A stretch of 64,000 nucleotides of DNA, taken from contig OZ320322.1 of the NCBI GenBank assembly GCA_976226885.1, positions 17,360,001 through 17,424,000 of the forward strand, read 5' to 3'. The stretch is from Iphione sp. A-MEVVRFRX5 (lineage: Eukaryota). The position numbers and the translations under genes are program-made. Positions 38,732-49,910 of this stretch are shown here, piece by piece (the first letter of the stretch is position 1; each line of letters starts with the position of its first letter). The notes under the pieces were generated by a model. The model saw nothing but the letters and a program-made list of their open reading frames with translations, was not told the DNA's origin and ran no database searches.

Positions 38732-39719
38732 TATCAGACATATTTCCTCACAGTTCCTCACTTTTCCTCACTTCTTCTAGAGGATTTCTTTTCTCTCTGA
38801 GTGGACCTCCTGGCCTTCCTCTGTGTGTGTGGGGGTGGGGTGGGGTGTGGGGGATATCGGTACCCCCGATACCCCCTTACCTACGCGCCCGTCCAGGTTT
38901 CGGTAAAAGCAAAGGGTTTACAGGTATTTTAATGCTATGCTGAAGAAAGACATGCCAGTTTTCATGGAGATGTGTGTGCATCATGATGTAGGGGCAAGTG
39001 GTCGGATAGGGTTATGGTGGAGAAAAGGAAAATAATTCAGAAACAGAAATGCTGAACACTCATTAGAAAAATCTGTTAAAATGACTCGATACAATCGTTG
39101 GCATCAATTTACCTGGCACAGCTTACATTTCAAATCAATTTCAAAACTGTGTGAAGTGACTGTGACATGACGAGCTCAATTTTCAAAGCCGTTCTGCCAC
39201 GGGCATGATATCAATTCCAACGATACAGGTGAATGACATTCACCGTACACACTGGGGACACCTCCTGCTCGATGGCATTTAGAATTACATGTACGTAACT
39301 CTTGTGAGATGATACATTGTCTTATCACTAAAATGAATTCAATGATGATGAGGCCAGAACTGAGGAAACTTTCCATCTGTCCAACTATAAAAGGTTGGCA
39401 TTAGATAAATTAAAACAGTACGTCTCCTTCCATGGCTGTAAAAGCCAAGAGGTTTTTCATTTTTATTATGTTGGGGACAAGGTTTCCCATGACTGTATCA
39501 CTGTGGCACACAGAGAGGCTTACATAGATCCCAGGAGATGCCAACCCAGGAGGGGAGGGCACTTGGCGTCTGCCCTTGGCCATCAAACCAGTAGCTATCT
39601 GGCGTCCCAGTATGTATCCATGCACTTACCTTCAAAGAATACTTCAATAATGTTAAAATACTACAGTACTCTAAACATGTTTTAAATGTTCGACAAGCAC
39701 CTTTGGCACATGTGGGGGA

Positions 39720-40385
39720 GGGGGAATACATCTGGGCAAAGTCCATCTCAAGTTTACAACCTCGGTTCTGATTGACTGGACACTGTGTATGTGCTGGTAT
39801 CTAGTATGCTGGTATCTAGAAAATAGTCCAATGTGATACTATGTTTTTACTAAAACCATTGAAGTTCATGATTACATATACAAAACTTGTATTCTTTTCC
39901 AATATTTCCATGAAATACCTCAGTAATTATAAAAAATAATTCAGCTGTATTATATCACATCAGTGTGAGACCTCCTCCCCATGGCCGTACTACTTTCGGG
40001 CAATGTTTTATGTGTAGTGTAACAAGCACCTTCGGCACCTAGATGAACACATGTGCACTCCCCCTCCCACCCTGACGGGTCAAAGTACAGACTGCCTCCT
40101 CCCTACCCATTGTTTTACAACCCTCAGTTCTGCTTGACTGGACATACAGAGGCATGAATATCCAGGTAACTGAAAAAGCAGTGCCAATGTTTTTTTCTCC
40201 TTTCCGTCATATTCTGTTTTCTACCATAAAACATGTGGCTGCTTCCATTATTCTACAAAGAATTTACATAACATTGAAGAAAACACAAAACATGAACTCA
40301 ACAACATGTCTCATACACGTGAGACCTCCTCCCCATGGTGGAACTACTTTCAGGCAACATTTTATATAGGTAGTGTAATAAACAT
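39720..40385. repeat. Second locus of the unclassified modular repeat seen at 26855-27470
   Basis: Same CCATGG..ACTACTTTCRGGCAA and TTTACAACCCTC.GTTCTG modules. Confidence 0.75.
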
Positions 40386-42260
40386 TGTGAATTGCAACAG
40401 CTCTCAACGAGAAAGGTAAGATGAATATTCATCAGGTGTCCATATTTCGAAGTTTTAGCTGAAGTGCAGCTTGTGTTCTGCAACCTATTTTCTGCTATAA
40501 GTACTTTTACGCAAGGATAGGGACTATTATTAAGCAATGCCTATTTATTTCAGTTTAACACGTATGTATGTTCCATGGATTCGATCTAGATAAAGACTGG
40601 GAGTCTTAGATCAAGTATTGTAGCATGCAGAAGTGTTAATTTCAGAAGTGTTAAATTCAGTTTCAGTAGAAGATACAAAGAAATGCGGGGGGCTTACTAA
40701 AGGGGAGTTAAGACACCTTGGGATTGTCTGATGTTATTGTGTTCATATGGCTAATAACGCTCATTAAACTCATTGCGAATTGTCTCATTCTATGGAGGGA
40801 TACTAGAGCAAACCCACCATTATAGAATAAATTAATGTATGTAATATATGAATACATAGTAATCACTAGGCGACGACATAGACATATTAATAGTTACTAT
40901 TACAAAGTAGCCTTTTTAGGTTAATGATAGGTGTACCAAATGGCACTGATATTAATGAAACGCTAGAATATGAGTTTAAATAAATTTCTACGGTTTATGT
41001 TATCATGGCTCTTAATTGAAATCTACATGTATTTCAATTGGTGATAACTATGCCTATAGGTAGACTTTTATCGGACATAGAAAACCAGAGCTGTCCAAAA
41101 AAGAGCAAGTTGTGATGTTATTTATCCCATCAGTGACTACTATTGTAGTGGAAGACTCACTCCAACGATCCCCAACTTACGATTTATTATCACCCATTCT
41201 GGATAACATTATTCAATACATTTTCAACTAAATAATTCCAGATTTAAAACTAAAGAAAGAAAGTCTTTCCTCTCACAATGCCTAGATCTCCGGGGGTTAC
41301 CCTCGAACTGCAAGAACAATGATCACTTCTTCAAATTTTAAAACATGGTTTTGAAAAATAATTAGCCCCATGATAATGTCACAACTGAATGAAATACAGT
41401 CTGATTAATGTGTAGTGGATATTGGATATTTATTTCACTTTCAATGTAAATTAATTATTTTAGCAAAACCATAAAATTAAAATTTGTCTTGAGGGTTCAT
41501 GTTAGAATGTCTGTGAAATATACAACTGGATTAATATGAAGTAAGGTTGGATCAGCTTGTAACGTATATTCTCTCTGATTCTTAATCTTAAAGTCTGCGT
41601 AGCCTACAAATAAGTATTAGTCGAATATTCTGAAGCATATAAGCCTCATTACATTTGCATTCATTACCCCATCAAGCTGCAGGTATTGAAAAAATGGTTT
41701 AGATAACAAGTAAATGAATAAAACACATGACACTAAATGGAATCTCTGCTGCTTTATATATTATCCCTTCAAGAACTCCCCCAAATACTCGATAATTATA
41801 ACAATAATAATAAAGACTCGATAATAATAATAACAATAATAACACTTATCTTAATAAAGACAATCTATTACTTCCAATTGTCGTCCTGACGGACATTTTT
41901 TACGATGCAGAAGTCTTAAGAAATATAATGCTATTGGTAAGTAATTAATTGCCGTATTAATTACCAGATGATGGGAATGAAATGATACAACGTACAAACA
42001 TAACGTAATACGATAATAGACAGTAGAGAAACGGTAAATAAGTGCAGTTATGTAAAAAGCGTGCACATTTCAGTATTGAATGCATTTGTACGATGTTACA
42101 AAAATATCCATTGTTGGGCTCGTTTAGATCGCTGTGAAAAAGAGAAAATGATAAATGAGAGGATAAAAAAATCGCCCTGAGTCACAGCCTCTTTGTCACC
42201 ATCTGCTCCGCTCGTGGTTTCTTTCCGACCTTGCACATACCTTTTTCTGTTATGACTCAC

Positions 42261-42370
42261 CATCGCTGCGACGATTCAAGCCTCGCGCAGATGCAACCAT
42301 ATTTTGTAGATATTATACAAGTGGTTGGACACACGCCGTGATGGAGGTGGGGAGGACGGGCGGTGTTAAT
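42261..42370 (-). other. Candidate first exon ending in the initiator codon (ATG|GTGAGT)
   Basis: Minus strand ...CTTGAATCGTCGCAGCGATG|GTGAGTCAT in a local CpG-rich patch; consensus donor. The 5' boundary is unknown. Confidence 0.3.
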
Positions 42371-43048
42371 CTGTAGGGATGGTTTTTCATTATGCTTTAA
42401 TAGGGTATATAGGCCTATATATGTACAGTAAACCCTAGCTATTGCAACGCTTCACTAGTCCAGTATACCCTCGCTATTTCAAGCACATTGACTTAATACA
42501 AAATGAGAAAACTCCCTCACTATTAGAAGACCTTGCTTCTAAGGACATAATTGTTTGGTACCAAACAGTTTTGCGATAGGGAGGAGGCACTATATATGTG
42601 TATAATTAACTCCACATGACGGGAATATAAGAAGTTCTTCGGGATATCTTATTCATGATATTTTGACTTAGAAATCGGTTAATTTTTCATAGAACCAAGT
42701 CCTGTTTATTAGACTGAAATTTGTATCAGTCTACTTTTTCCATGCCTGTGCACTTTTTGAGTAGGCTATATTCAAAGGGTACAACCATGTAGTATTTGGT
42801 GTTATACTGTGTCATTACCGTGTTGGGGGGAGCATTCAGATGTCTATCAATGAGTGGGAATGACGAGGAAGTTCTCGCATTAAAGAAACAAAGAGAATAA
42901 CACTTGTCCAACAATTCCCAAGAGTACAAGAATCTAATGTATTTCTTAAAGAATATATTGGTCAAATAAATGGAGTCGCATTCACACCTCCATATGATGA
43001 AGTTTCATTGATTCAAATTTGAGTTTAGCTTTAGAAGTCTGCTTTCAG

Positions 43049-43346
43049 GCACTGTTTACATGTACACAGATGAAAATCGGGCCCTGTATGCAGCCATTGA
43101 GGTACTCCCTGCTGTTTCCATATCTAAATTACTTCCATATAGGTAGCAGATGCCTTTCACCTTTGCTTCCTATGGAATCGGCATGTCAACATTGATAAAA
43201 CCCGTCCCTGACAGTTTGACATCCACACCCACATGCAGATACAGAAAAATCTGTGTACATGTGAACAGTGCAAATGGTGAAGCTGGGCTGCAGAAATATC
43301 CATGTGGATGTGGAACAGAAAAATCTGCATACATGTGAACAGAGCC
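43049..43346. mobile_element. Harbinger-type MITE with one left end and two right ends
   Basis: GCACTGTTTACATGTACACAGAT pairs with ATCTGTGTACATGTGAACAGTGC (43249-43271). A second right end ATCTGCATACATGTGAACAGAGCC ends at about 43346. The TSD is unclear. Confidence 0.55.
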
Positions 43347-43390
43347 GTACCAATGTGCGCTCTGAAAATATTGATGGTCTGGATGTAGTA

Positions 43391-43525
43391 CAGGCCCGTA
43401 GCCAAGGGGGTATCGGGGGTATCGTCCGATACCCCCCAGAAAGGCCAGGAGTTCCACCTCTGTAGGCCTATGGCCAAGGGTGTATCATGACAAAGAGGAA
43501 GGGAGGTAGAGAGAGCAACCGAGCA

Positions 43526-43567
<42 letters not shown>

Positions 43568-43663
43568 GAAGGAACACCTAACCATGAGTTCCACCTCTCT
43601 AACCAGGAGTTCCACCTCTCTAATTTGAGATACCCCCCACAAGACTTCCTGGCTACGGGCCTG
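43391..43663. mobile_element. MITE with CAGGCCCGTAGCCA TIRs (hAT-like termini) and an internal (GA)n tract
   Basis: Perfect 14-bp TIRs. The flanking duplication is TAGTA (5 bp, up to 7-8 bp depending on where the termini are drawn). Confidence 0.8.
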
Positions 43664-46201
43664 TAGTACACACAGAATTCCTACACTCGAAAAAAAACAA
43701 GTCTTTAGTTACAACAACTTTGTTGAATAATGGTTTATATATATCAAACACCTACATGTGTTAATAGATATAAATCGATCAACATTGTATAGGCTTATCA
43801 TACTTTATAATTGTTCAATGGTACATGTATTTCTAAGAAAAGACACACGATTCTGGCGCCTCAGAGTATAGTTTTATATAGATACTACATTTACACTAAC
43901 TTACTGCAAGTGCTTATAAATAACAGTTTTATTCGGTAAAACTGTTTCACACTTTAATTCTGAGAGCATACGCTTTGCCTATTTCTACACTAAGCACTAT
44001 TTCTTATGAGCGTTATGAGTGCAGCGCTGTTTATGGCCAGTGCAAAGTTGGGGCCCACCTCCTAGCAAAACAACACCAAATCATTATTTGCATAGTCCCA
44101 TTGAACTTGGTATCCCTACAGTACGATACAATCAACAGGTATATCCAAACTGTGGAGTCCTTTATGCCAAAAGAAAGATAAAATATTTGTGGTCTCGATA
44201 GACTCTTTCGGTATACATACACTATGTGTAGTCTATAGAGAATAATATGCAAATCGAGCTTACATGCCTTTACATGACACGCGTGTGGAAATGTGTACAG
44301 TGTACATACCTTAATGAGTAAGTAGAAGAACCGATCAATAAGGAGCTAAATGGGAAAGATGAATATAGGTAGGCCGTATCTGTGTGTGTATAATCCGTAG
44401 ATACATTCAGTAGAGTTGACTGAGGTTTATGTCTCCATGCACTTGAAAATAAAGAGTCGTTTTGCTACTTTACATGCGATCCTGGTTACACTTACGACAC
44501 AATTTGTCCTGATGATTACATGGGGCCAATAACAAGTGGTGGTCCTGATAATAATACAGGAGTGTGGTATAGATGAATGGACATACTCCATAGAAGAACG
44601 AAAAGAGTGGTCCTAAGTTCACTCCATGCTATTTTCCCTTGTTTTTTTTAAAAGATTTATACTGCAGTTTAAAAAAAGGACTGTGTTATTCCTTTAATGC
44701 ACAGTAAAGAGAACACACTAGAATACCACAAAGCATTTGTCTCTCTTTTCTGTCATTCTACATCTCATTCCAGCCTTCTCCTGCTTTTATTTACCGGTAT
44801 CTCTTGTGTCCTAAGATGTAAGAATTGAGGCTAAACAAAGTAAATATCGCAGATTGATGATTCATGATTGATTTATGAAGTTTGCAGGGGGAGGAGGTAT
44901 TGCCTAAAGTTCTGCACTTTGGTCACAATATACATTAATTATATAAAACAATACACAATCACAAAACTATGAAACACCCTATGCACATCCTGTAGGAAAA
45001 TATGTGAGCGTAATACAAAGGCATCCCCAAATAGCTAAGGTTGTTTTTCCATGAACCCAAAGTTATGGCTCTGAAAACATAACCGTAATGTCTATATCAA
45101 TCCATTATGTATTCATTAACTAACTTATTTACATGTACCCACACATTACGGTTACAGTGCTATAAACATAATCTCAATTGTCTGCATTGCCAATGGACTT
45201 CACCAGATACAGATCCGTTATGATAGTGACAAAGTAGCACCTCAGCACTAACACGTTGCCCCCCCCCCCAAGGAGTTGCTTATCCTATGGAGGACCAAGA
45301 GTTGGAGAATGTGTGTCAGGCCCACCTCTTTTTCCAGCCCGCAGATCCCACAGTACAGTGCATCTGCATGCTACATATTTGCATGCGTTCTGTTGATTTA
45401 AGAAGCAACAATGCTCATTCTGGCATTGTTGGACTAGAAGTTGTACATCCCGTGTTTAAGTGTCTTTAACTGTTAAAAGAAGGAAACGTGACCTCGCACC
45501 CATCGCCCATATTTTCAAGATTCAAGATTCAAGATTCAAGAATTCTTTATTCAACCTTCTCTATTCGTTAGATACAGAGTTGCCATGGTTGAACAATACA
45601 GATACGAAATGGTGCACAAATACAGAAAAACAGTGATACTGAATAGGCACATGAAGCAAGATGGACTTGAAAAAGTGATAATATGTAAATAGCAGCACAA
45701 TAACAAAAGAAATGAAAAGAGAAAATACGTTACAGTGGTCCTTAGCTTAGGAAGCAGGCAAAAATCGGCCAACAGAACATAAGAACATGGTTGAATCAAA
45801 AGACATTTAGCTGACCATAACTGAAGAGATAAGCCGTATACAATGGCATGAGAGTTGATAGGTTTTGAGAATGATTGTTAAGACAAGTGAGCGGGGAGGG
45901 GGGAGGGGGGGAGGGATGTGAATGAAGAGGGTAGAGAAACTTGATGTATGGGAGGAGAGAACAGTAGGGAGATAGAGGAGTAATGGGTGGAAAAAGAGGG
46001 AGGTAGAGAGTGGTCTAGGGGAATGCCAATAGATAGGAGAAATAGACCCTGGAGTTCCTGATATAAGAAGGTGGCTGCGACAGTCGATGCAGATGGAAGA
46101 GTTGAGCAAGTTTCATGCTTCACGAGCGTTGGGTAAGGCTGCAGCACAATGAAGGGGTGACCACGCAGGTATTCCTAGAGCACTTGAACACGGTTGACTA
46201 T

Positions 46202-47302
46202 TCAGTACTGGAGCTTAAGGCGCTTCTTCAATTTCTGGTCAGATGAGAGGTTGTTCCACGATCTTGCACCACTGTACCTTAGTGACCGCAGGTACTTGTT
46301 GGAAGCAGGTTTGTGTAGGGCAATGAGCAGGGCACCACCCGCCCGTGTCACGGAAGGATTCCCATTGGGGAGGAGACCAAGGTGGAACAGACGGTGCATA
46401 GCAAGTGTTCCCTTACAACCGATAATAGCTTGCACTCTCGGAATACCAAGTTTTACGTTCAAAGCTCTGGCAGACAGAAATTGCCTCTGCTGTAGTACCA
46501 GTCTCGCACACCTATTTGTGTGCACTTGCAGTTCCATCTCCTTTGACTTGCTTATCCCATACAGGGTGGCAGCATGATACTCTAGATGTGAAAGGACGAG
46601 GGCTCTGAAGAGTAGCTTCCTGGTTCCCAGATCCAGCATGCCTTTAATTCGACTTAGCCGCAACGACTGTACCCACATCACTCTCTTGACGTTATTAATG
46701 GCATGACTCATCGTGAGTGTGGAGTCCAGGTAGTATCCCAGCAGCTTGCACTTTTGGACAATGGCTAGGTCTTCCCCAGAAACGGATAGCTCGAGGGCTT
46801 GACCAGCAGCCTTGCCAAGCATGAGGCAGGCACATTTCTCAGCACTTAGTATCATACCTTCGTAGTTGCACCATCTCTCAATGCCATGCAGTGTTTCCTG
46901 AGCTAGCTGCCTCAGGTGTGGAAGACTGGTAGCCTCAACGAAGATACTCGCATCGTCCGCATACAGAGTGGCCTTGCTTGCACTAGGGAGGAAGTTTGGG
47001 AGGGAGTCGATTATTAGGTTGAAAGCCCCCGGGCCAATGACGGACCCTTGGGGGACTACGTACCTGAGGACCCTGGTTGATGATATGGCACCATCGCAGC
47101 TAACAAGCTGCTTCCGGTTGGACATGTAGCTGTCTATCAGACGCACAATTTCATTATCAGCTCCAAGACATCTCAGCTTGTCGAGCAGCCTTGGATGCCT
47201 TACCAGGTCAAAGGCTTTGCGAAGATCAATCATCAATAGACAGCTATACTTCTTTTCATTCAGACTGTCCATTATATCACACAGGAGCTTGGTGATCGCC
47301 GT
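46202..47302 (-). CDS. LINE ORF2, reverse transcriptase (from TAITKLLCDI onward) and C-terminal region
   Basis: IDLRKAFD, VPQGSVIGP, YADD, RYSGARSWNNL. It is out of frame with the APE half because of an internal deletion. Confidence 0.95.
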   Translation of the reverse strand, partial: TAITKLLCDIMDSLNEKKYSCLLMIDLRKAFDLVRHPRLLDKLRCLGADNEIVRLIDSYMSNRKQLVSCDGAISSTRVLRYVVPQGSVIGPGAFNLIIDSLPNFLPSASKATLYADDASIFVEATSLPHLRQLAQETLHGIERWCNYEGMILSAEKCACLMLGKAAGQALELSVSGEDLAIVQKCKLLGYYLDSTLTMSHAINNVKRVMWVQSLRLSRIKGMLDLGTRKLLFRALVLSHLEYHAATLYGISKSKEMELQVHTNRCARLVLQQRQFLSARALNVKLGIPRVQAIIGCKGTLAMHRLFHLGLLPNGNPSVTRAGGALLIALHKPASNKYLRSLRYSGARSWNNLSSDQKLKKRLKLQY

Positions 47303-48423
47303 TTGGAACCTTTCTTTTTGTTCAGTAGATCATCGAGAACCTGCCATAGCTTCTTACCGTCTCCTCCTGCCTGGTTTATTCGATGTGCCCAGTACTCCTT
47401 GCGCTCCTTCTTCATAGCTACCCTCACTTGCTTGTTTAGGAATTTGAAGATGCGGAGCGAGTCCACACATCCAAGTGCTTTCCACTTCTTGAAAAAGTAG
47501 ACACGGTCATTAATAAGCTCCTGAAGTCCTTTACTCGGTCTGAAGCCATCCTCCTGCCTCCGGAACTTGCACACCCTCACAGGCGCTAGATACAGCAGGT
47601 GGAATTTCGCTCTTTCAAGTAGAACCTCCCAGGCAGTGGCATGATCTACGTCTGTCCTAATGCTACCTTCTTCAGTCAGTTTTTCATATAGGATGTTCAT
47701 GTCCACAGCATTCCAGTCTCTGTACTCAAACTGTTGTGTTGTCATCTTATATCCACCCTTCTTGATGTCTAAGCAGACAGGGAGATGGTCACTGAGAAAG
47801 TAAGGTAGAGTCAAAGCCTTCTTTTTGTTGGCAAAGTTAGTCCAGACATGATCAAGGCAATTTGGGGAATTGACCATGGTGCTATGCTCCACCAGCTGTG
47901 CGAAGCCCTTGCCCACAAGCAAGTCGGTGATGCCCGCGCCAAACCGCCCATTTCCAGCGTAGTTATAGTAGAAGTCACCAAGGACGATTTTGTCTTTAAC
48001 ACGCTTATCCAAGAAGGAGGTGCACGCATGCTCGATGTCTGATATTGAATGCGTCATTTTGTCCCCAGGTGGTCTGTAAGCAGCCAGAACTGCCAAAGGA
48101 GCACGGTGTCCAGCCTTAAGTTTGACTCCTAGGAACTCCATATTGCCTTCCCGCGCCTGAAGATGGTAGCTATCCAGTAGGCGGAAAGACTCTCGGTGAT
48201 AGATCAGTAGACCTCCCCCTCTTGACTTGGTCGCTGTCGTTCTGTCTTGGCGAGTCATGGAATACCCCGGGATACGAATCGAGGCATCTGAGTGCGTAGC
48301 ATTCAGCCATGTTTCCACGATACAGCAGACGTCAAGGTCCTCCTTCATCAGCATTGCTGTTAGTTCAGGCAGCTTTCTAGCAAGACTCCTCACATTGTAG
48401 ACTCCAACACGCAGCCTTCCCAT
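47303..48423 (-). CDS. LINE ORF2, apurinic-like endonuclease and linker
   Basis: Starts at caataATGG. Motifs VYNVRSL, IVETWL, RQDR..GGGLLIY, AYRPP, LGDFY (canonical GDFN has N to Y), LDHVW and SDHLP. Confidence 0.95.
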
Positions 48424-49037
48424 TATTGAGGAACACACAGGGCAGAAGAGACGGTAATAGAAATGGACAAGTTGTAGATAGGAGGAGATATGGGGTAGAT
48501 GGGGTAGGGGTCAGGCAGAGGTGTGGGATAAAGCAGAATACATTTGAAGAGTCTCCTGCTGGTAGCAAGTATAGACAGAAAAGAAGATAAAAATAATGTA
48601 CACAGAACATAAACACATAAGTCATGAATGGAGTGAAGGCAACAGGGGGTAGATAAATCTTGGTAGACAAAAAGGGGTAAGTATGAAGGTAGTAGACATG
48701 TGATAGATCTTGGTAGACAATTTGGGGTAAGAATGAAGGTACTAGACATGTGATAGATGCAAACATCTGCATAAGAATTAGTAGTAAGAAGGTATGAGAC
48801 AGAGAACAGTGGCTGGCCTGACGGCATGGGTCATGCCAGCAGTGCGGCACTGATATTTAAAGATTACATCAAGTTCTTAGTGAATACATAGGCATAAGCA
48901 GCAGCATAGAAACAGACAGTTTTAGAATGATGGTTAAGTAGTATGTGAAATAATAATGTTCAGTAAATCAGCAATGTTCGTACACGACCAGTCACTGGTA
49001 TCAACAACCCTCAGAAAGGCTGTCATGAGGCAGGAGC

Positions 49038-49764
49038 CTAGGGACTTACTTGGTGCCATGGGTAGTGATTCATTACAAAGTCACAAATAATCTTTGAGAT
49101 AGAATATGACCATTCCCTCTCAGCGCCTTCTGTAGGCGAGATACCATCATTCTCAAGGTAGGAAGTGTCGACCAATACCTTCCCATCTACGAACATGTTG
49201 ATGGGAATATCAGTCAAGGAGACAGTGACATCTTCATCATCGTTGACTTTGGAGACAACAGCATTATGCACTTCCACCGCCTCATTGATGTGTTGTTGCG
49301 CGTTCAGAGTGGATGGAGTCGGCTGCAACTTCCAGAAACATACGGTGGCAGTTGGGGCACATAACAAGACAGGGCCAGTTCCAGATGGGCCTGAAGCGAG
49401 CTTAGAGAGCTTGCAGATATACTTAGAGACACGACAAAAAAAGGCCCGGACAATATCGCTCTCTTGCCACCCATCATCCCCTTAACTTTGTTATTACATC
49501 AAAGGTACCAATTGTCGTAAGTATCAGATGATAGGTGGTCCAATCCACAAAGAATCGTCGCTTGTAGATGCGTTTGTACGTGACTCCTCGACTAACAACC
49601 ACATGAATGGAGACAGGAGGCATACTTTCTTGGCTAAGTCGCAAGACCGTGTTAGCTGTCCGTACATCACAAATGACCAGGATGCGCGTCCTCAGTCTAT
49701 ATTCAACATGCGGCAGGTTGATGATCGAGAACTCTATGGATATACAGAGCAAGCGACGAGGCAT
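49038..49764 (-). pseudogene. SGNH/GDSL hydrolase-fold ORF (about 241 aa) with one +1 frameshift at about 49482 and substituted catalytic residues
   Basis: Joining ORF 49764-49483 to the frame open from 49481 to 49038 gives SGNH blocks in order: ILVICDV (GDS-like), SRGVT, LTTIGTFDV (GTND-like), YLENDGISPTEG..W...I (DxxH-like). Confidence 0.6.
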
Positions 49765-49910
49765 GAGGGGAATGATGTGACTAACATGACACGTAGAAAA
49801 AGCATTGTATAAATATTGGGGTAAGTAATAAACAGTTGGTACAGTTTGACATAAGTAATACGTGGGTGAAAATATTAATAGCTAGTTCACAGTGTTGGCA
49901 ATATTAATAG

